Positions 37,330 to 52,519 of a stretch of 58,040 nt of DNA are shown piece after piece. Position 1 is the stretch's first letter. Every line of letters begins with the position of its first letter. The position numbers were made by a program, and so were the translations under genes. Location: positions 1-58,040 of the forward strand of contig JAUCBJ010003023.1 in assembly GCA_032718475.1 (NCBI GenBank), given 5' to 3'. The notes beneath the pieces are model-generated. The model did no database searches. It was not told the origin of the DNA and saw only the letters and a list, made by a program, of their open reading frames with translations. The DNA comes from Nemertoderma westbladi. Taxonomy: Eukaryota; Animalia; Xenacoelomorpha.

Positions 37330-39304
37330 ATGTCTGGATCGGGTTGCCCTTGCGCCTCCAAGGACCATGTTGAGGCCGTAATTTCGGCGTTTGAGGAAGC
37401 TGGTGGCTTCCAGTACACCGTGCGTACCACGTCGGTCCCGTTATCCCAATTCTGGGACCCGGATCCGGGTGTGTTCGTCGGTGCGCCATACACGCACTGG
37501 ATGACACGTGGAATGGGCGGAGTTCCTGACGTCGGCATACCGTTCGTCAGTGTGGCTCGCCAACGACGGTTTTGCATATTTGCAAAGGACTACCACGGAA
37601 ATGTATGTGAACTTTATTATTATATAGTGTTCTTTGTTCTAGAGTTCTACAGCTCTACGAACTATTAGTAGTACTATTTATTAGTACCGGTAAAATAATT
37701 CTACTAAATCTTACTTTGTAGGCCTATGACACATATATTTATGGTGATTAGGTGATATACAATACATGTACCAGATACACGGACACGATACACGTGTACG
37801 GTACAGAGTGGTTTGCTATACAAACCTCAATGAATACTGCTCACTGTGATTGATTTAAACACATCCTTGAATATTATTCTCAAATTTTAATAATTTATAA
37901 TAATATAGCCTACTCGACTCACGCAATGCATTGTTTATTCTTTTTTGATATAATAGATAGTAATTTTATCTTTATTATTGAGTCAACTTAGTTTAATTCA
38001 TTATGTTTGCATTGCATTCCTTAGGCCGGCGTCAGGAATAATACGATGAAGGGGGAATGTAAGTCGGAGATTGCAATCAAGAAAGTTGTTGCGTTCCCCG
38101 ACTTTGCTGTTGGTGGCAACCCCACCAGCAGAATGAAGAGGAAGGCTGCCAGTGACGTCAAGGAGGTCCTTCGTCTTGGTTCTGTCACCGGGGAGTGCCA
38201 CTATGGCGATGTTGGGGGCCTAACAGTCTACTGGGTTATGGTCCCCGACGTACATTCCCACGCCGCCCACTTAGTCGGTGATGCGGCCCGTCCATTCCAG
38301 CGGACTACGGATGACGTCATGGCCTACATGAAGTCGCAAGTTGCTGCTGGGTTTTACTCCATTCCCGCACTACGCCGAGCCAACGAGGTCTTCGTGGAGG
38401 GAATGGTGTCGGACACGCGTCTTGCAGAGATGCCGGACTTGAGCTCTAGGCGGTTGGTATTGTTGGTGGCAGGTGGCAGGCCTATCGTTATTGTTTGAAG
38501 TATACCTATATATATATATATATTTTATATTTAGTTTTACCAACGTTATTTGGTAGTCAAACAAATGATAATTTGTATACAGGTAGTGATAGAGAGTTGA
38601 GACGATAAAAATACACTATAGTAATTTAGACAGCTGATAAAATCACAAAAATATATTTCCGTTATTAAATTGACATACCTTTTAGCTATTATTTAATTTT
38701 ATAGTTTTTCATATTATTTTTTATGGTTTATTAGTTATAGTTATATATATATAATGTGTAATGTCCTTTAATTGCTTAATTAATAAATTGGTTAATTTTT
38801 CAGTCTGTAAAATTTACTTTATATTATGCTTTTACAGGTACTTCATGACACCTAAGGACCTCAGCAACATGGTCCAAAGGCATCGGCGAGACGTCGGGAC
38901 CCCGAGTACGGAGGCTCACGATGTCGCCCAGTTGGCGAGTTTGGTGGACCACTACCGGAATCGGGGCTGCTTCGTGCAGGTCCGGTACCCGGCGGATGGC
39001 CAGCATCTCGCCATGGCAGTAGTTCCGCGTCAGGGAGTCCAGTTGTTGCGTCGCTACGGCGACATGTGCGTACTGCTTGACGGGACGTACAAGACAACCA
39101 GGTTCAACCTGACGCTGAATTTGCTGGTTGTGAAGGGCAACGTCATGTACGTGCCTGTTGCCCTTCTCCTGGTCGACGCGACGGCGAAGAGCCGTTGTCT
39201 TTGTGCCTGCGTTGGGTCCGTGAGTGGACGGGAGTGGTTCCTAGAGGAGGAATGACTGACTTCTCAGCGGCGGAGAGACTTGCTCTGAAGGGCGCATGGC
39301 CGGG
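37330..39304 (+). pseudogene. Intron-containing Mutator-like (MULE) transposase gene, disrupted; exons about 37330-37602, 38025-38452 and 38838-39304
   Basis: Phase-compatible GT-AG junctions; C..K.EC...HSH WRKY/GCM1-like motif; RRYFMTPKDLSN; LLRRYGD..LLDGTYKTTRFNLTL.LLVV (first catalytic Asp); frame lost after about 39185. Confidence 0.78.
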
Positions 39305-39344
39305 TTAGTTGGTTTAGTTAGTTGTAGTAGTTGTAGTTAGTTAG

Positions 39345-41060
39345 TTTTAACTATATGTAACTATCTAACTATATGTACCTATCTAACTATATGTAACTAT
39401 CTAACTATTTGTAACTATCTAACAATTTGTAACTGTCTAACTATATGTAACTATCTAACTATTTGTAACTATCTAACTATTTGTAACTATCTAACTATTT
39501 GTAACTATCTAACAATTTGTAACTATTTGTAACTATCTAACTATTTGTAACTATTTGTAACTATCTAACTATTTGTAACTATTTGTAACTATCTAACTAT
39601 TTGTAACTATTTGTAACTATCTAACTATTTGTAACTATTTGTAACTATCTAACTATTTGTAACTATCTAACTATTTGTAACTATTTGTAACTATTTGTAA
39701 CTATCTAACTATTTGTAACTATCTAACTATTTGTAACTATCTAACTATTTGTAACTATTTGTAACTATCTAACTATTTGTAACTATCTAACTATTTGTAA
39801 CTATTTGTAACTATCTAACTATTTGTAACTATCTAACTATTTGTAACTATCTAACTATATGTACCTATCTAACTATATGTAACTATCTAACTATTTGTAA
39901 CTATCTAACTATATGTAACTATCTAACTATTTGTAACTATCTAACTATTTGTAACTATCTAACTATTTGTAACTATTTATAACTATCTAACTATTTGTAA
40001 CTATCTAACTATTTGTAACTATCTAACTATTTGTAACTATCTAACTATATGTAACTATCTAACTATTTGTAACTATCTAACTATATGTAACTATCTAACT
40101 ATTTGTAACTATCTAACTATATGTACCTATCTAACTATATGTAACTATCTAACTATTTGTAACTATCTAACTATTTGTAACTATCTAACTATTTGTAACT
40201 ATCTAACTATTTGTAACTATTTGTAACTATCTAACTATTTGTAACTATCTAACTATTTGTAACTATCTAACTATTTGTAACTATTTGTAACTATCTAACT
40301 ATTTGTAACTATCTAACTATTTGTAACTATCTAACTATTTGTAACTATCTAACTATTTGTAACTATTTGTAACTATCTAACTATTTGTAACTATTTGTAA
40401 CTATCTAACTATTTGTAACTATCTAACTATTTGTAACTATCTAACTATTTGTAACTATTTGTAACTATCTAACTATTTGTAACTATCTAACTATTTGTAA
40501 CTATTTGTAACTATCTAACTATTTGTAACTATTTGTAACTATCTAACTATTTGTAACTATCTAACTATATGTACCTATCTAACTATATGTAACTATCTAA
40601 CTATTTGTAACTATCTAACTATATGTAACTATCTAACTATTTGTAACTATCTAACTATTTGTAACTATTTATAACTATCTAACTATTTGTAACTATCTAA
40701 CTATTTGTAACTATCTAACTATTTGTAACTATCTAACTATATGTAACTATCTAACTATTTGTAACTATCTAACTATATGTAACTATCTAACTATTTGTAA
40801 CTATCTAACTATATGTACCTATCTAACTATATGTAACTATCTAACTATTTGTAACTATCTAACTATTTGTAACTATCTAACTATTTGTAACTATCTAACT
40901 ATATGTAACTATCTAACTATTTGTAACTATCTAACTATATGTAACTATCTAACTATTTGTAACTATCTAACTATATGTACCTATCTAACTATATGTAACT
41001 ATCTAACTATTTGTAACTATCTAACTATTTGTAACTATCTAACTATTTGTAACTATCTAA
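39345..41060. repeat. AT-rich satellite, 18-bp unit (aactatttgt+aactatct)
   Basis: Directly visible array. Confidence 0.97.
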
Positions 41061-42769
41061 TACGATATACGACTACAACGTAACTCTAGGAACCCTTGCT
41101 CAACCAATCAATGTCAGCACATGCGTGACGACCCTTACAACCGATTTGCTTGGATACTGTTGTTTGTGCGCCAATACCCGCATACGGTTAGACCTAGATA
41201 TATAGCAGTTAATTATGAACCGAGACTTACTGAATCTGAAAGTAATGCTATTAAATAATTGGATATGCTTCATGCTTCTCAAGATATGGCTGTCTGTCCG
41301 TTTTACTGTCGGTCTGTTTGTCCCTATGTCTCCGAAACAATAGGAAACATATGTCAGTGAAGGTTGTTTATTCTTTAGGAGCGGTGGATTTCCATTCGAG
41401 CACCAGTCCGGCGTTATCCGATGTATAATCAACACGATCAGCCCCAATGTCGACGCTATGGTCCAAATCTCCGATGTCGCCTTAGATAATTTCCCACTCC
41501 AATCCCCTCCGTCCTCCGTCCTACCTAAGATCCGATCCAACAAATTAACTTAATTATTAACTATATATATAATAACGTAACTATTAATTATGTTACATTT
41601 GATGTTTAAATTTGTTCTGGGGGAGGAGGAGGAGGAGGGGGGGGGGGGGGGGTAGTTTTGTTGTTGAGGGGAGTGGATTAATATTTTATGTGTCGTTCAC
41701 GAGCAAACTATTTCATACAACTGCTATTTCATTAATGATCATCTGAACTGACTTGGATCTTTAATTATCTATGTTACTCTAAACGGCGGTAAAATTAACT
41801 TTGAATTCCAGTTTGGTAAATACATGGATCATAATGTGCCTTTAAAAAAATTTAAATGCCTTTAAGTATTCATTATAGTCACAATAATCATACATTATCT
41901 CTATCTAGCCGCCGCGTCTCTCTTTGCCAATTATTCTCTTCATCATTTCCAATATAGCCATTCATTTCACCTGGGCTGTCAGTAACCCTATAAACGGCTC
42001 TGCTGTCCAGTTCAGTTTACCGTAGAAACTCATCATCATCATCTTCGCTCACTTCCCCTAAAGGTAGCTGAGTCATATCATTCATATCATTGGCTTAGGG
42101 AATCGTTGATTGAGTTGCATTGGCTTGAAACTCAGGCCTTGCTGATGTGATAATTACGCGAACTCATACCAACAAATATCACCCAAGATCCTTTATATTG
42201 CAAGAAAAAACAAATAGTTCGGAAATAAGATATTTAACTTTTATTTTTACCGCCGTCAATGTTATTTAAATTGTATAATTGGAAAAGTATTTTAGGGTTT
42301 AAGTATAATTGGTCATAGATGTATATTGTTTGTCAGTTCGTCCGTCTGTCTGTCTGTCAGTGACCTACAATTTTAGTTATAAATTGGCACAACATCAGGA
42401 CATATTAGTAAATGTGTTAGCAAGCTGTGTTTTTCGATGTGTTTGTTATTAAACATTTTGTTATATAAACTGTTCTGTTATTAATCTTGATTGTGACTTT
42501 GTATTTCCTTTTGTCAATTTCGTTATTACCGTCCTTTATATTGAACGCAATTTCATAAATTAATACATTTTCAATTTTAACTCTTTCACAATTGAATACC
42601 TCCTGCTATACATTTTACCAGTTTATACACATTCTGAAAACACAGGAAAATGCAAGTAGAGTAAACACTAGAAACAAGGTGATTCCGGCTTTTAGTTGTG
42701 TTTAAGTGGTTCGGTGTCTTGTTGCCTGTTTTGTTCGTAATTGTAAATACGGGTGAAGTATACTTTTCC

Positions 42770-43507
42770 GGAAATTCGGTAACCAAGTTCTGAAATTAGT
42801 AACCTGAGACTGAAATTGGTAACTGGGTGCACTAATATGGAACTGGGTGGCAATTTGTAACTTGATACTCAAATTAGTAACTGCGGGAACTATAATTTGT
42901 AACCTGAAAGAGAAATTCGTAACCAATACTGAAATTAGTAACCTGAGACTGAAATTGGTAACTGGGTGCACTAATATGGAACTGGGTGGCAATTTGTAAC
43001 TTGATACTCAAATTAGTAACCGCGGGAACTATAATTTGTAACCTGAAAGAGAAATTCGTAACCAAGTACTGAAATTAGTAACCTGAGACTGAAATTGGTA
43101 ACTGGGTGCACTAATATGGAACTGGGTGGCAATTTGTAACTTGATACTCAAATTAGTAACCGCGGGAACTATAATTTGTAACCTGAAAGAGAAATTCGTA
43201 ACCAAGTACTGAAATTAGTAACCTGAGACTGAAATTGGTAACTGGGTGCACTAATATGGAACTGGGTGGCAATTTGTAACTTGATACTCAAATTAGTAAC
43301 CGCGGGAACTATAATTTGTAACCTGAAAGAGAAATTCGTAACCAAGTACTGAAATTAGTAACCTGAGACTGAAATTGGTAACTGGGTGCACTAATATGGA
43401 ACTGGGTGGCAATTTGTAACTTGATACTCAAATTAGTAACCGCGGGAACTATAATTTGTAACCTGAAAGAGAAATTCGTAACCAATACTGAAATTAGTAA
43501 CCTGAGA
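42770..43507. repeat. 120-bp tandem repeat, about 6 copies, built from gtaac-containing subunits
   Basis: Sequence lines recur with a 120-nt period. Confidence 0.95.
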
Positions 43508-46500
43508 ATCAAATATCATATGAACTCAAATATCATATGAACTCAAATATCATATACATTAAAAGCATAATTGCTCTCGTTCTGTATATCTGATCACCAA
43601 TTAGACATCTTACAACATTCCACCTGTTATGAACAAATTCATATAATTATCTTTCAGTGTGCTGAACTCTGAACGCTGGTTTAGGAGTATATTCAACGTA
43701 TAATCTAACATGAAGTCTAAGACAATGTAGAGTGTAGGCTAGGGCCTACATTATGATATGCCTCAAAGGCAAAGCTGTTCTCCAAAATGTAGGGCTTGCT
43801 TTGGGGGACATACTGTACACTATATCTGTATCTGGTATCCCTTGGACGAACACCACTCGCTACGTTCTCCCGACATCAAACACAGCGCAGGGATGGACGT
43901 TGTTGTTTGTTTACATGTTACGGGTATCTATTCTATCAAATGTTGAAGTGAAAGCCGTTTTGGGAGATTATCACTACTACTTGACACATCCGAGGATTCG
44001 GAATATTCGGATTCATGGGAATCACTGGCCTCGTCGTCTGTTATGTCGTAACCATACTACAATGTAGTTTAGGGACATACGTTGCCTCTTTGGGATATGG
44101 TTCCATCATAAATTATACTGTACGCTAAATGAGGGGGGGGGGGGGGGGGGGGTGGTCTAATTATAAAATATAATCAAATATATAAAATATGCCCGCACGA
44201 AAGGGTTAAAAAGCATAATTGCTCTCGTTCTGTATATCTGATCACCAATTATACATCTTACAACATTCCACCTGTTCTGAACAAATTCATATATTATCCT
44301 TCAGAGTGCTAAACCAGCTGGTTTATGAGTATATTCAACGCAGTTTTCGTATTCATTAAAACACTCGTTGCGCTCTTCCTGTACATCTTGTCATCAAAAT
44401 ATATAACTTACAACATTCCACTCCCGGTTTTGAACAAAATGATAACTCTTTCAATATGCTACTGTATATCAGGCGGTTTAGGGTTATATATAGTAAACGC
44501 AGTACTCGTCTTCATTAAAAGCCTCGTTGCGCTCGTCCTGTTTTGACTGAGAGTATTTTTCACAAACTTACACTTACGACCTTTATAACTATGTAAATTC
44601 TCGAAACTGCGCGTGGAACTGCTGATTTATGGCAGATGGACATATACTGTACAATATAGTTCATACCAAGCTTTTGAGAAAATACCGACAGCGTTACATA
44701 TACGGCAGGTTGGTTAGAAATAGCTGCATTGAAATGGAAATTCTAACCATAATATTCTGTATAAATTTTAATACGACAGATTTCGATAATTATTGACGCC
44801 GACTATGCCGTAAGACTATGACTATATAACTAAATATAATACTTTATCAGAAGACAGTCTGTAAGTAAGCAATCAGTCTGTGATGTGTAACTGCAAGCCT
44901 ATTTAATCCCAGCTGTTTATGTTATTATTTATACCGTTGTCTTGACAGTGCATCTTAGCAACTAAGCGCCTCCTGTAATTGTATTGGCTGTTACTGCTTT
45001 CTACCTTACCCTCAGCTTATGTCGAGTCTGTGGAGTGAATTTAGCATCACCCTTCCAAAGTCATGGCTAGTGGCTAAATCTCATAGTTGCTAGTCCTAGT
45101 AGAACAACAGAAAAAGTGTGGGGGATATATCTGACGTTGGATGCTATTTCTCTGCTAAGCAATCGCAAGTTTTCACATTTTTATTCGAATACTTTTTTCA
45201 TGAGAATAAACATTTGTAGCAAGAAACCCATTTGGAATATTCAAATATGGAAATAACACCGAAAATGAAGAGAAGATATGTGTATAAATAATGGTTAAAA
45301 AGGAACTAACAATACAATACAATACAATACAATACAATACCAGTATATTTGTAGTTAGTTCTATTTACTGTTGAAAAGATTTTGAATTCATTTAAAAATT
45401 CGGCAATGGTAAAAGTTCACACTTCACATTAACAGGAAACAACTAGCCATATAAATTAACCAAAAAATCAAAAGCTATCCGTAAAAGCAATCCCGTGGGG
45501 GAATGCCACAGGTGATACGGATCCCTTTCATTAATCTGACACAAAAGGTTTTATTGAATAAATTCCTACTAATCAACACAATAATGTCGTGATTCATTGC
45601 ATTACTAATACACAAAGGCAGACCGAAAATCCACAGAATTAACTTGTATAATTCAAAAGTAAGGTGAAATAATGAATAAAAAATTAGCAGCGGGTGTAAA
45701 TACCAATATTAAATTGAGGTGATAATCCCTAACCACTACCAGGTCAGGGAAATGTTGTCCAACAAATTCAGGAAACTAAAAGACTGTCAATTATGGCCAT
45801 AATTCTAAGTCCTGAATGACATAGAACAAGGAACGCAATCAAGGAATTAAACCTAATTTCATATAACAGCAGCACACCTTTTATTCCACACCCTTCTCTC
45901 AAAGGAGAAACCGATCTGCAGTTTGTTGATGTATGTTTATTTGGTATAGGATTTCCCAACCTGCAACGTTTTCTATCGTCTTCGGAATATTAAAATCTAT
46001 TTTTTTATCAATGTTATAAAGTCGAAGTATGTTAGAGGATAAAAGTAACACAAAATGGTATCATTATGTGCGCAATAATCATTGGTTCAGCGTCACAGTC
46101 AATTAATTCACATGGGTGAGTAATTCATGGGGAGAGTTCCATTGCAGAATCAAAGTTAATGACATGACACCAATAAGTAGCAGCATGGTTTCCTAAATCA
46201 CCTACCAACATATAAATGGTATGATTGGTTTGGTGAATATGACAGCCTCCATCCCCTCATTAAAAAGATAATTGGTAAATAAATGTTTATAATAGTAGCC
46301 TTATAAGCGTAAAAATGTTGAACTGGTGAGTGGATAATGAATGTATTCAATTAATTACGTTTAATCGTCGATCTACTTACATTTCCGATTCACCTAAATA
46401 CTAAATTTGAAACAGAATTTACAAGTAAGACTTAAAACACTGCCAACACTGTCCTTATCACTGTTGATGAGCCCCAGATTCTGACCCTGAATGATATATG

Positions 46501-46669
46501 TTTATTTTCTATGGAAATATTTAATCTGAGAAAATTAGAACCATCAGAACCCATGCATTTTATAGTTCAATGAACTCATACACCACTTCCTGGAATATAG
46601 TTATTAATTCACTGCCAATGATCGAGAGGGGGGGGGGGGGGGGGGATTATGGTCTTATTGAGTGATGGT

Positions 46670-46890
46670 CAAATAATAAATTCGCAATTACAATCCTACA
46701 TCTCCAAATACTTCATCCTGTCAAATTCTCAATATGGTTTTCGCCCTAAAACATCCACATCGCATGCCCTCCTCTCAGTCATTGAAAAAATTCATAAAGC
46801 ACTAGACCAGAAACACACAACAAAAATTTACATTGATCTGAAAAGGGCCTTTGATACAATCAACCATAAAATCCTACTAAATAAATATAG
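46670..46890 (+). mobile_element. CR1/L2-like reverse transcriptase fragment
   Basis: QYGFRPKTSTSHAL...IDLKRAFDTINHKILL motif. Confidence 0.85.
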
Positions 46891-48627
46891 AATTTCTTAC
46901 TAGAATATCCTACTCAATATGCATAGAATTTGAAGCAGTGAATAAATGGGAATTTTGTTGAAAATGGTAGCGATATGAATGTTTGAAAGTTACATGCGTT
47001 TGTATCCGCTGGAGACCTTGTATTCTAGTTAATAAAATGCGATATTGGAACATTTATTTATCTCACTACCAGATGGACAACAATGGCATGGATATACACG
47101 CTATTCTATAAACACATGAACAAAATGTTCCAGAGCATTGAGTATTAAACCAGAACAAATGGCCTCCAGCTTAAGAGAATTCAAGCAATCTTCAAACTAC
47201 CCATAATTCAACTGTTTTTCAACACAACTCAAACATTTTGATATTATTTTGAATCTTTGTAACTCATAGAATTAAAAAAATCTACGATAATAAAAATCAA
47301 TACGATGGGGGCGATTTCACGAAAGACACTATTATAAAAGGCAAAATCTAAAATTATGTCTAATCGTTGTGTTAAGTTAATTATGTTTATAATTTCAAGC
47401 AATATGATAAAGATTTGTAAAAAAATTTAGAGGGCCGTGTCACCAGTGACGTAATATTACGCACCATGTGACGCCATTGGTATAAAATTGTATTAATTAG
47501 TTATTTTTCTATTGTGCTTGATGACTGGAATTCTTTTTAGAATTTTAGTAATCATTTTATTTATCAATAATTGTTATATAATAAAAAGTACTGTTTATAT
47601 TTCCATTTAACTTCTTATATTTTTAATAACATAACATGAATCAATTATATTAATTGTATAATAAAATATTGAGCAAAATTTAAAGAATATTATTAAAGAA
47701 TATATTCGTAATATTCTGTAGATTTTTTTCTATTAATAATTTTGATTTTGACTTTATAATCTGTAGAACTAGAAATTTTCCATCAGAAGGATAGAATATT
47801 ACTCTCTTATCAATTACAAATCGATCACTTCGTTAATAAAATTTAATTAGTATTTCAAAATAAAAATTACTAAAAAATAAAATTAATCTCGATCCATCAC
47901 ATAATCAATGATGATAGTGTGCCCTGTTAGATAGCTTCCGAGAAGCGCTTTGGAAAGTCACACAGTGATTGGTCAGAAAATGAATGTTTCCAATACGATT
48001 TTATTTGTGTGATCTTGGGTGAACTACTGTCGAAACTTTATGGTCAGTGCAACAGGCAGTCATAATGTAATATTGATTACTGGCACTACATTGTTCTTAT
48101 CAGTAAGCTGGTGTATAAGGGAATATGAATGTACTTCAATATGTTCGGTTCAATTCCTTCTTCTCCTGGCTTTCACGAATTCGTCAACAAAGCTGATCTG
48201 TCAGCTGATAAGTCTGTGGTAATGGAGTTGGAAGGTTACAATCAATAATAGCATCCGATTCTTTTATACTCTAATGCATTACGCAGGTTAATGCAGGGAC
48301 GATTTACAGTAAGCACGTGATTGGAAAAAAAAATATTGAATTAATTAAATTATGGAATAAATAATTTATAATATAATATATATATTATATATATTATATA
48401 GTTAAATCGTTTATATAATTTATTTACACGGTTTTGATTCGGACCTTGCCGTTGTAAAAGGTGTAAATGAATCCCCGTTTAGAATGAATCACCAGTGATC
48501 AATGATATTCATAAGTTAAATAGTGACCTGCACACTTAATAAGATGTGATTTATTCCCACGCTTTTTATAAGTTTTTTATACTAAAGGTCATGAGAAAGT
48601 GGAACGTTCACATTTCTCATTCTGAAG

Positions 48628-49795
48628 TCTATATCTATATATATATATCATGTGTTTGTTTGTTTGTTTGTTTGTCTGTCTGTCTGTCTGTCTGTCCAAG
48701 CTATACGTTTCTACACACAAGCACCAATCTGAGCTCGCGATACATCGAACGAAAGCTACCACGAGTCATATTTTACGCGTTTGTTTGCGAGAATGAACAT
48801 TTCGTGAATTCGGTACCGGTAGTGCAGTAGGCCTAGCAGTTCATTCTGTCGCTCTACACGTTGGGTCCCGACTATTATGCTACTTTATGATGCGCATCTA
48901 CGTGAGACAGAGCTTACGTGCCCCGAGCACATAGACGCGAAACGTCGTTATATCGAGGCTAATTTTTTGCATAATTTACGTGTAAATGTGTATTTGTGGT
49001 CAAACACTCTATAACAGTGGTTGCACCATCAGACTCAATCTGATCTAAATGATACTTTGCAGATGTGTTCCCGACCATACTCTGACAAATCTGCAATTCC
49101 TCTGTCTGCCGCTAGGGGGCGCAATGTCTGAAAGTGAAAACCTTCACCAATTTCGTTATTAATAATGCTTTTATGCTGATACTTTGCAGAGGTCTACTGC
49201 ACCATAGACTCCTTATTTGGGGAGGTACTAGAACCAGTCTGCATTTCTCCAGTCTACCGCTAGGGGGCCAAATGTCTGAAAGTGAAAACATTCTCACATT
49301 TATTTATTAAAAATGGTTTCAGGCTGATAATTGTCAGAGGTCTACTGTACTACATCATAAGGCTGCATCTTTATGAATGACGTTGACCAGGCTGCAGTTC
49401 TCCAGTCCGACACTAGGGGACGAATTGTCTAAAAGTGAAATCCTTCTCCCATTTTGATTCTTGGCAGCGATCTAAAAGTACCTACTAAACTAAATAAACT
49501 ATAGGTTGTGTTTACGAGGATGATAACCACCTGCAGTTCTACAGTTTAACCTTCTTCCATATTTTTACTATTTGTAATACTTTGAAAGTAATATTTGGCA
49601 GCTATCGACTACAACCTGAGCCTATGTTGTATGTAGTAGTAGTATGTAGTAAAACAGCTTCAGTACTTTTGTTTGAGAGAACACTCAATCATGTGACGTT
49701 TTGTTAGGTTAAGTGAATTAATTAATTAATGTTTGGAATGGTGAGTAGGCTTGTGAACTAGAAAGCCGTGGCCCGAAGGGCCACTGGTTTTCTAG
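48628..49795 (+). mobile_element. Non-autonomous Helitron/HINE-like element
   Basis: 5' TCTATAT start followed by (gttt)n(gtct)n; 3' hairpin gtggcccgaagggccac then CTAG|T. Confidence 0.65.
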
Positions 49796-50161
49796 TTGTA
49801 AAATAAATATGAAGGACAAAGATTACGATGAAATAAAACTCGTAAATACAAAATTTATGTTGGAAGTGACAAAGAAAGGTAAAAGATCTAATTTCCGTAG
49901 GAAATGCTTAAAATATGAAAGAATTATTGGCAATAAAAAAAATGTCGCTGCATTGAGAACCTGGAAGAACGGAAAATTTTAATAAATACATTTAATAATG
50001 ACAATGAAATTAGTGGCGCACTGGCAAGGAGAGATTGGAAGAATTGTTGCGAGAAGGGTGTTTATTGGTGGTCAATGGCAGTCCGGCGATGGTAAAAAAT
50101 GAAAATATTATTTGAATACAAATAACTGAGGAATAGTAGATCTATAAGGGGATTCATATAA

Positions 50162-51164
50162 CCCTATTAGTACCGGCTATAAAATGTTGTACAAATACTG
50201 GGGGGGGGGGGGGGTCATATTAAACCCGTATAACGCAAGAAACAAGATGATACTATCTACTGATCAATTTGCTTATTTTCAAAAATTTGGTGCTGGCACA
50301 ACAATATTCACCCACCGGCGAAAAATACAAGTTTAAAAACTCGTATGAAATTTTTACTGATTCCATTGAATTCAGAACCCTCACAAACCCGTATAACGCA
50401 AGAAACAAGGTGACACATTCAATTGATATATTTGATTGTTTTCAATATTTGGTGCTAGCACCACATTTTGCACCCACTTCCGAAAAATACAAGTTTGAGA
50501 TGTCTATTTCGATAATTGTATATTCCATTGAATTCAGAACCGCAATAAACCTCTAAAACGCAAGAAATAAATTGTCACAAGCAATTTTATCTATTGAATG
50601 GATTTTCAAAATTTCATGCTGGCACCAAAATTTACACCCAGCACCGAAAAATACAAGTTTGATACGCTTGGTGCAACTCGTATATATTCCATCGAAACCA
50701 GAACCCCAAAAAACTCTAATTGCGTAAAATACAAGTTTCAAATAATCAATTGACAAAATTGACATATTTCAAAATTTGGTGCTGGTACCAAAATTTGGCA
50801 CCCGTCGAAAAAAACAAGTTTGAAATTTCTAAATTAATTTATATGAATTCCATCCAATTGCTAACACCAAAAGACCGGTATAAATCAAAAATAGAGATGT
50901 TACAAATCATATTTAATGAAATGTAAATTTCAAAAAACATCTCAAAAAAAGTGCCAAAAGTAGGGTTAAAAAATGGTGCTATATCTCGAAAACTACCCAA
51001 TATTTTTGAAAACGGTTTTCACTACTAGGAAGACAATAGATTTTTAGGAAAAGTTTTAAAATTTCAGATTCTCAACTGCGTTTGTTTCAGAATTATAACA
51101 AAAAAACCACGGGATGGGTCATATTGACCCACCCCCCCCCCCCCCCCCCCCGGGTTTAATAGGG
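50162..51164. mobile_element. piggyBac-like non-autonomous element with internal degenerate repeats
   Basis: ataa|CCCTATTA...TAATAGGG|ttaa termini. Confidence 0.6.
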
Positions 51165-51179
51165 TTAAACCCAGAGACG

Positions 51180-51362
51180 TCTTTTAAACCAAGGTTGTAT
51201 TGAATTCCATTGATAAAGGGATTCTTTTAAACCAAGGTTGTATTGAATCCCGTTGATAAAGGGATTCTTTTAAACTAAGGTTGTATTGAATCCCGTTGAT
51301 CAAGGGATTCATTTAAACCTAGGTTGTATTGAATCCCGTTGATCAAGGGATTCATTTAGACC
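51180..51362. repeat. 44-bp tandem repeat, about 4 copies
   Basis: ttttaaaccaaggttgtattgaatcccgttgataaagggattc units. Confidence 0.85.
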
Positions 51363-52055
51363 TACAGTAGGTTTAAATGATTTGGGAGTCATTTTTTATG
51401 GGATTCATTACAAAACAACTACCCAACCTTCGAAGGACATTCATTTCAACCTAGTTTAGAATGAATCCCCAATCAAGGGAGTCTTTTTTCGGGGGGATTC
51501 AATATAAACTAGCACACCGGTTAACTCTGCTGTTATATTTCAATATGAGGTTTACCCCCATGTGAAGTATACCAGGTGTACATTAAAAACCCAGTTTACA
51601 GAAGAGCTGAACCTAACCAAAACCATAGCCGTAGGAGGCGGGGGGGGGGGGGGGGGGGGGAGGGTAATTGCACCCCCAGCAAATTTCTAGGGGGTGAAAT
51701 TACAGGCTTAGAGAGGGGCGAAATTTTTTAGTATTAAACCAGTAAAGCGTTTTCCTGCAGTATTATATTACTGCAGAGGTGCAGTAGGTCCACTGTTATA
51801 TACCGACCTGTGATGTAAAGTCATTAGTTTCATCAAAGTATTATATTGATAAAAAAGTTTGATTTAGATGTGCAAAATCTCAACATTGTTTAACAAATTT
51901 CAACTCGCTACCCTCGCATTTTCTTCCTTGCTATGACATTCACTTATACAGTTATATAATCAATATTCCTATACGGAACTATATTAACATCCACAATTTC
52001 CTTCCTAATTATAATGCCTTCATTACCCCCTCCTTCAATTATCTACTTTCATATT

Positions 52056-52313
52056 TGTACCATGTGTGTGTACCATGTGTGTGTGTACCATGTGTGTGTG
52101 TACCATGTGTTTGTGTACCATGTGTCTTTGTGTACCATGTGTGTGTGTACCATGTGTGTGTGTACCATGTGTTTGTGTACCATGTGTGTGTGTACCATGT
52201 GTTTGTGTACCATGTGTGTGTGTACCATGTGTTTGTGTACCATGTGTGTGTGTACCATGTGTTTGTGTACCATGTGTGTGTGTACCATGTGTTGGTGTAC
52301 CATGTGTGTGTGT
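52056..52313. repeat. 14-16-bp minisatellite (tgtaccatgtgtgtg)
   Basis: Directly visible array. Confidence 0.95.
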
Positions 52314-52519
52314 AGCACACCTTTGCGTTTGTCAACGTCATCTTTAAACTGTATTCATTATTTTGTACCCTCATGGTTTATCATACTCCTTGACCGAAAC
52401 TTAAATGTTGAATTATCACGAATAACAGTAGAGGCCTAACTAACAATGAAAAGAAAAGCTAAATAAGAAATAAAGTGATAGAAGTTGCACTAAGATTTAT
52501 AAATGTTTTGCGTTATTTG

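Noticed and set aside
41100-41543. 147-aa minus-strand ORF
   Set aside because: No recognisable motif or convincing splice context; possibly a transposon remnant.
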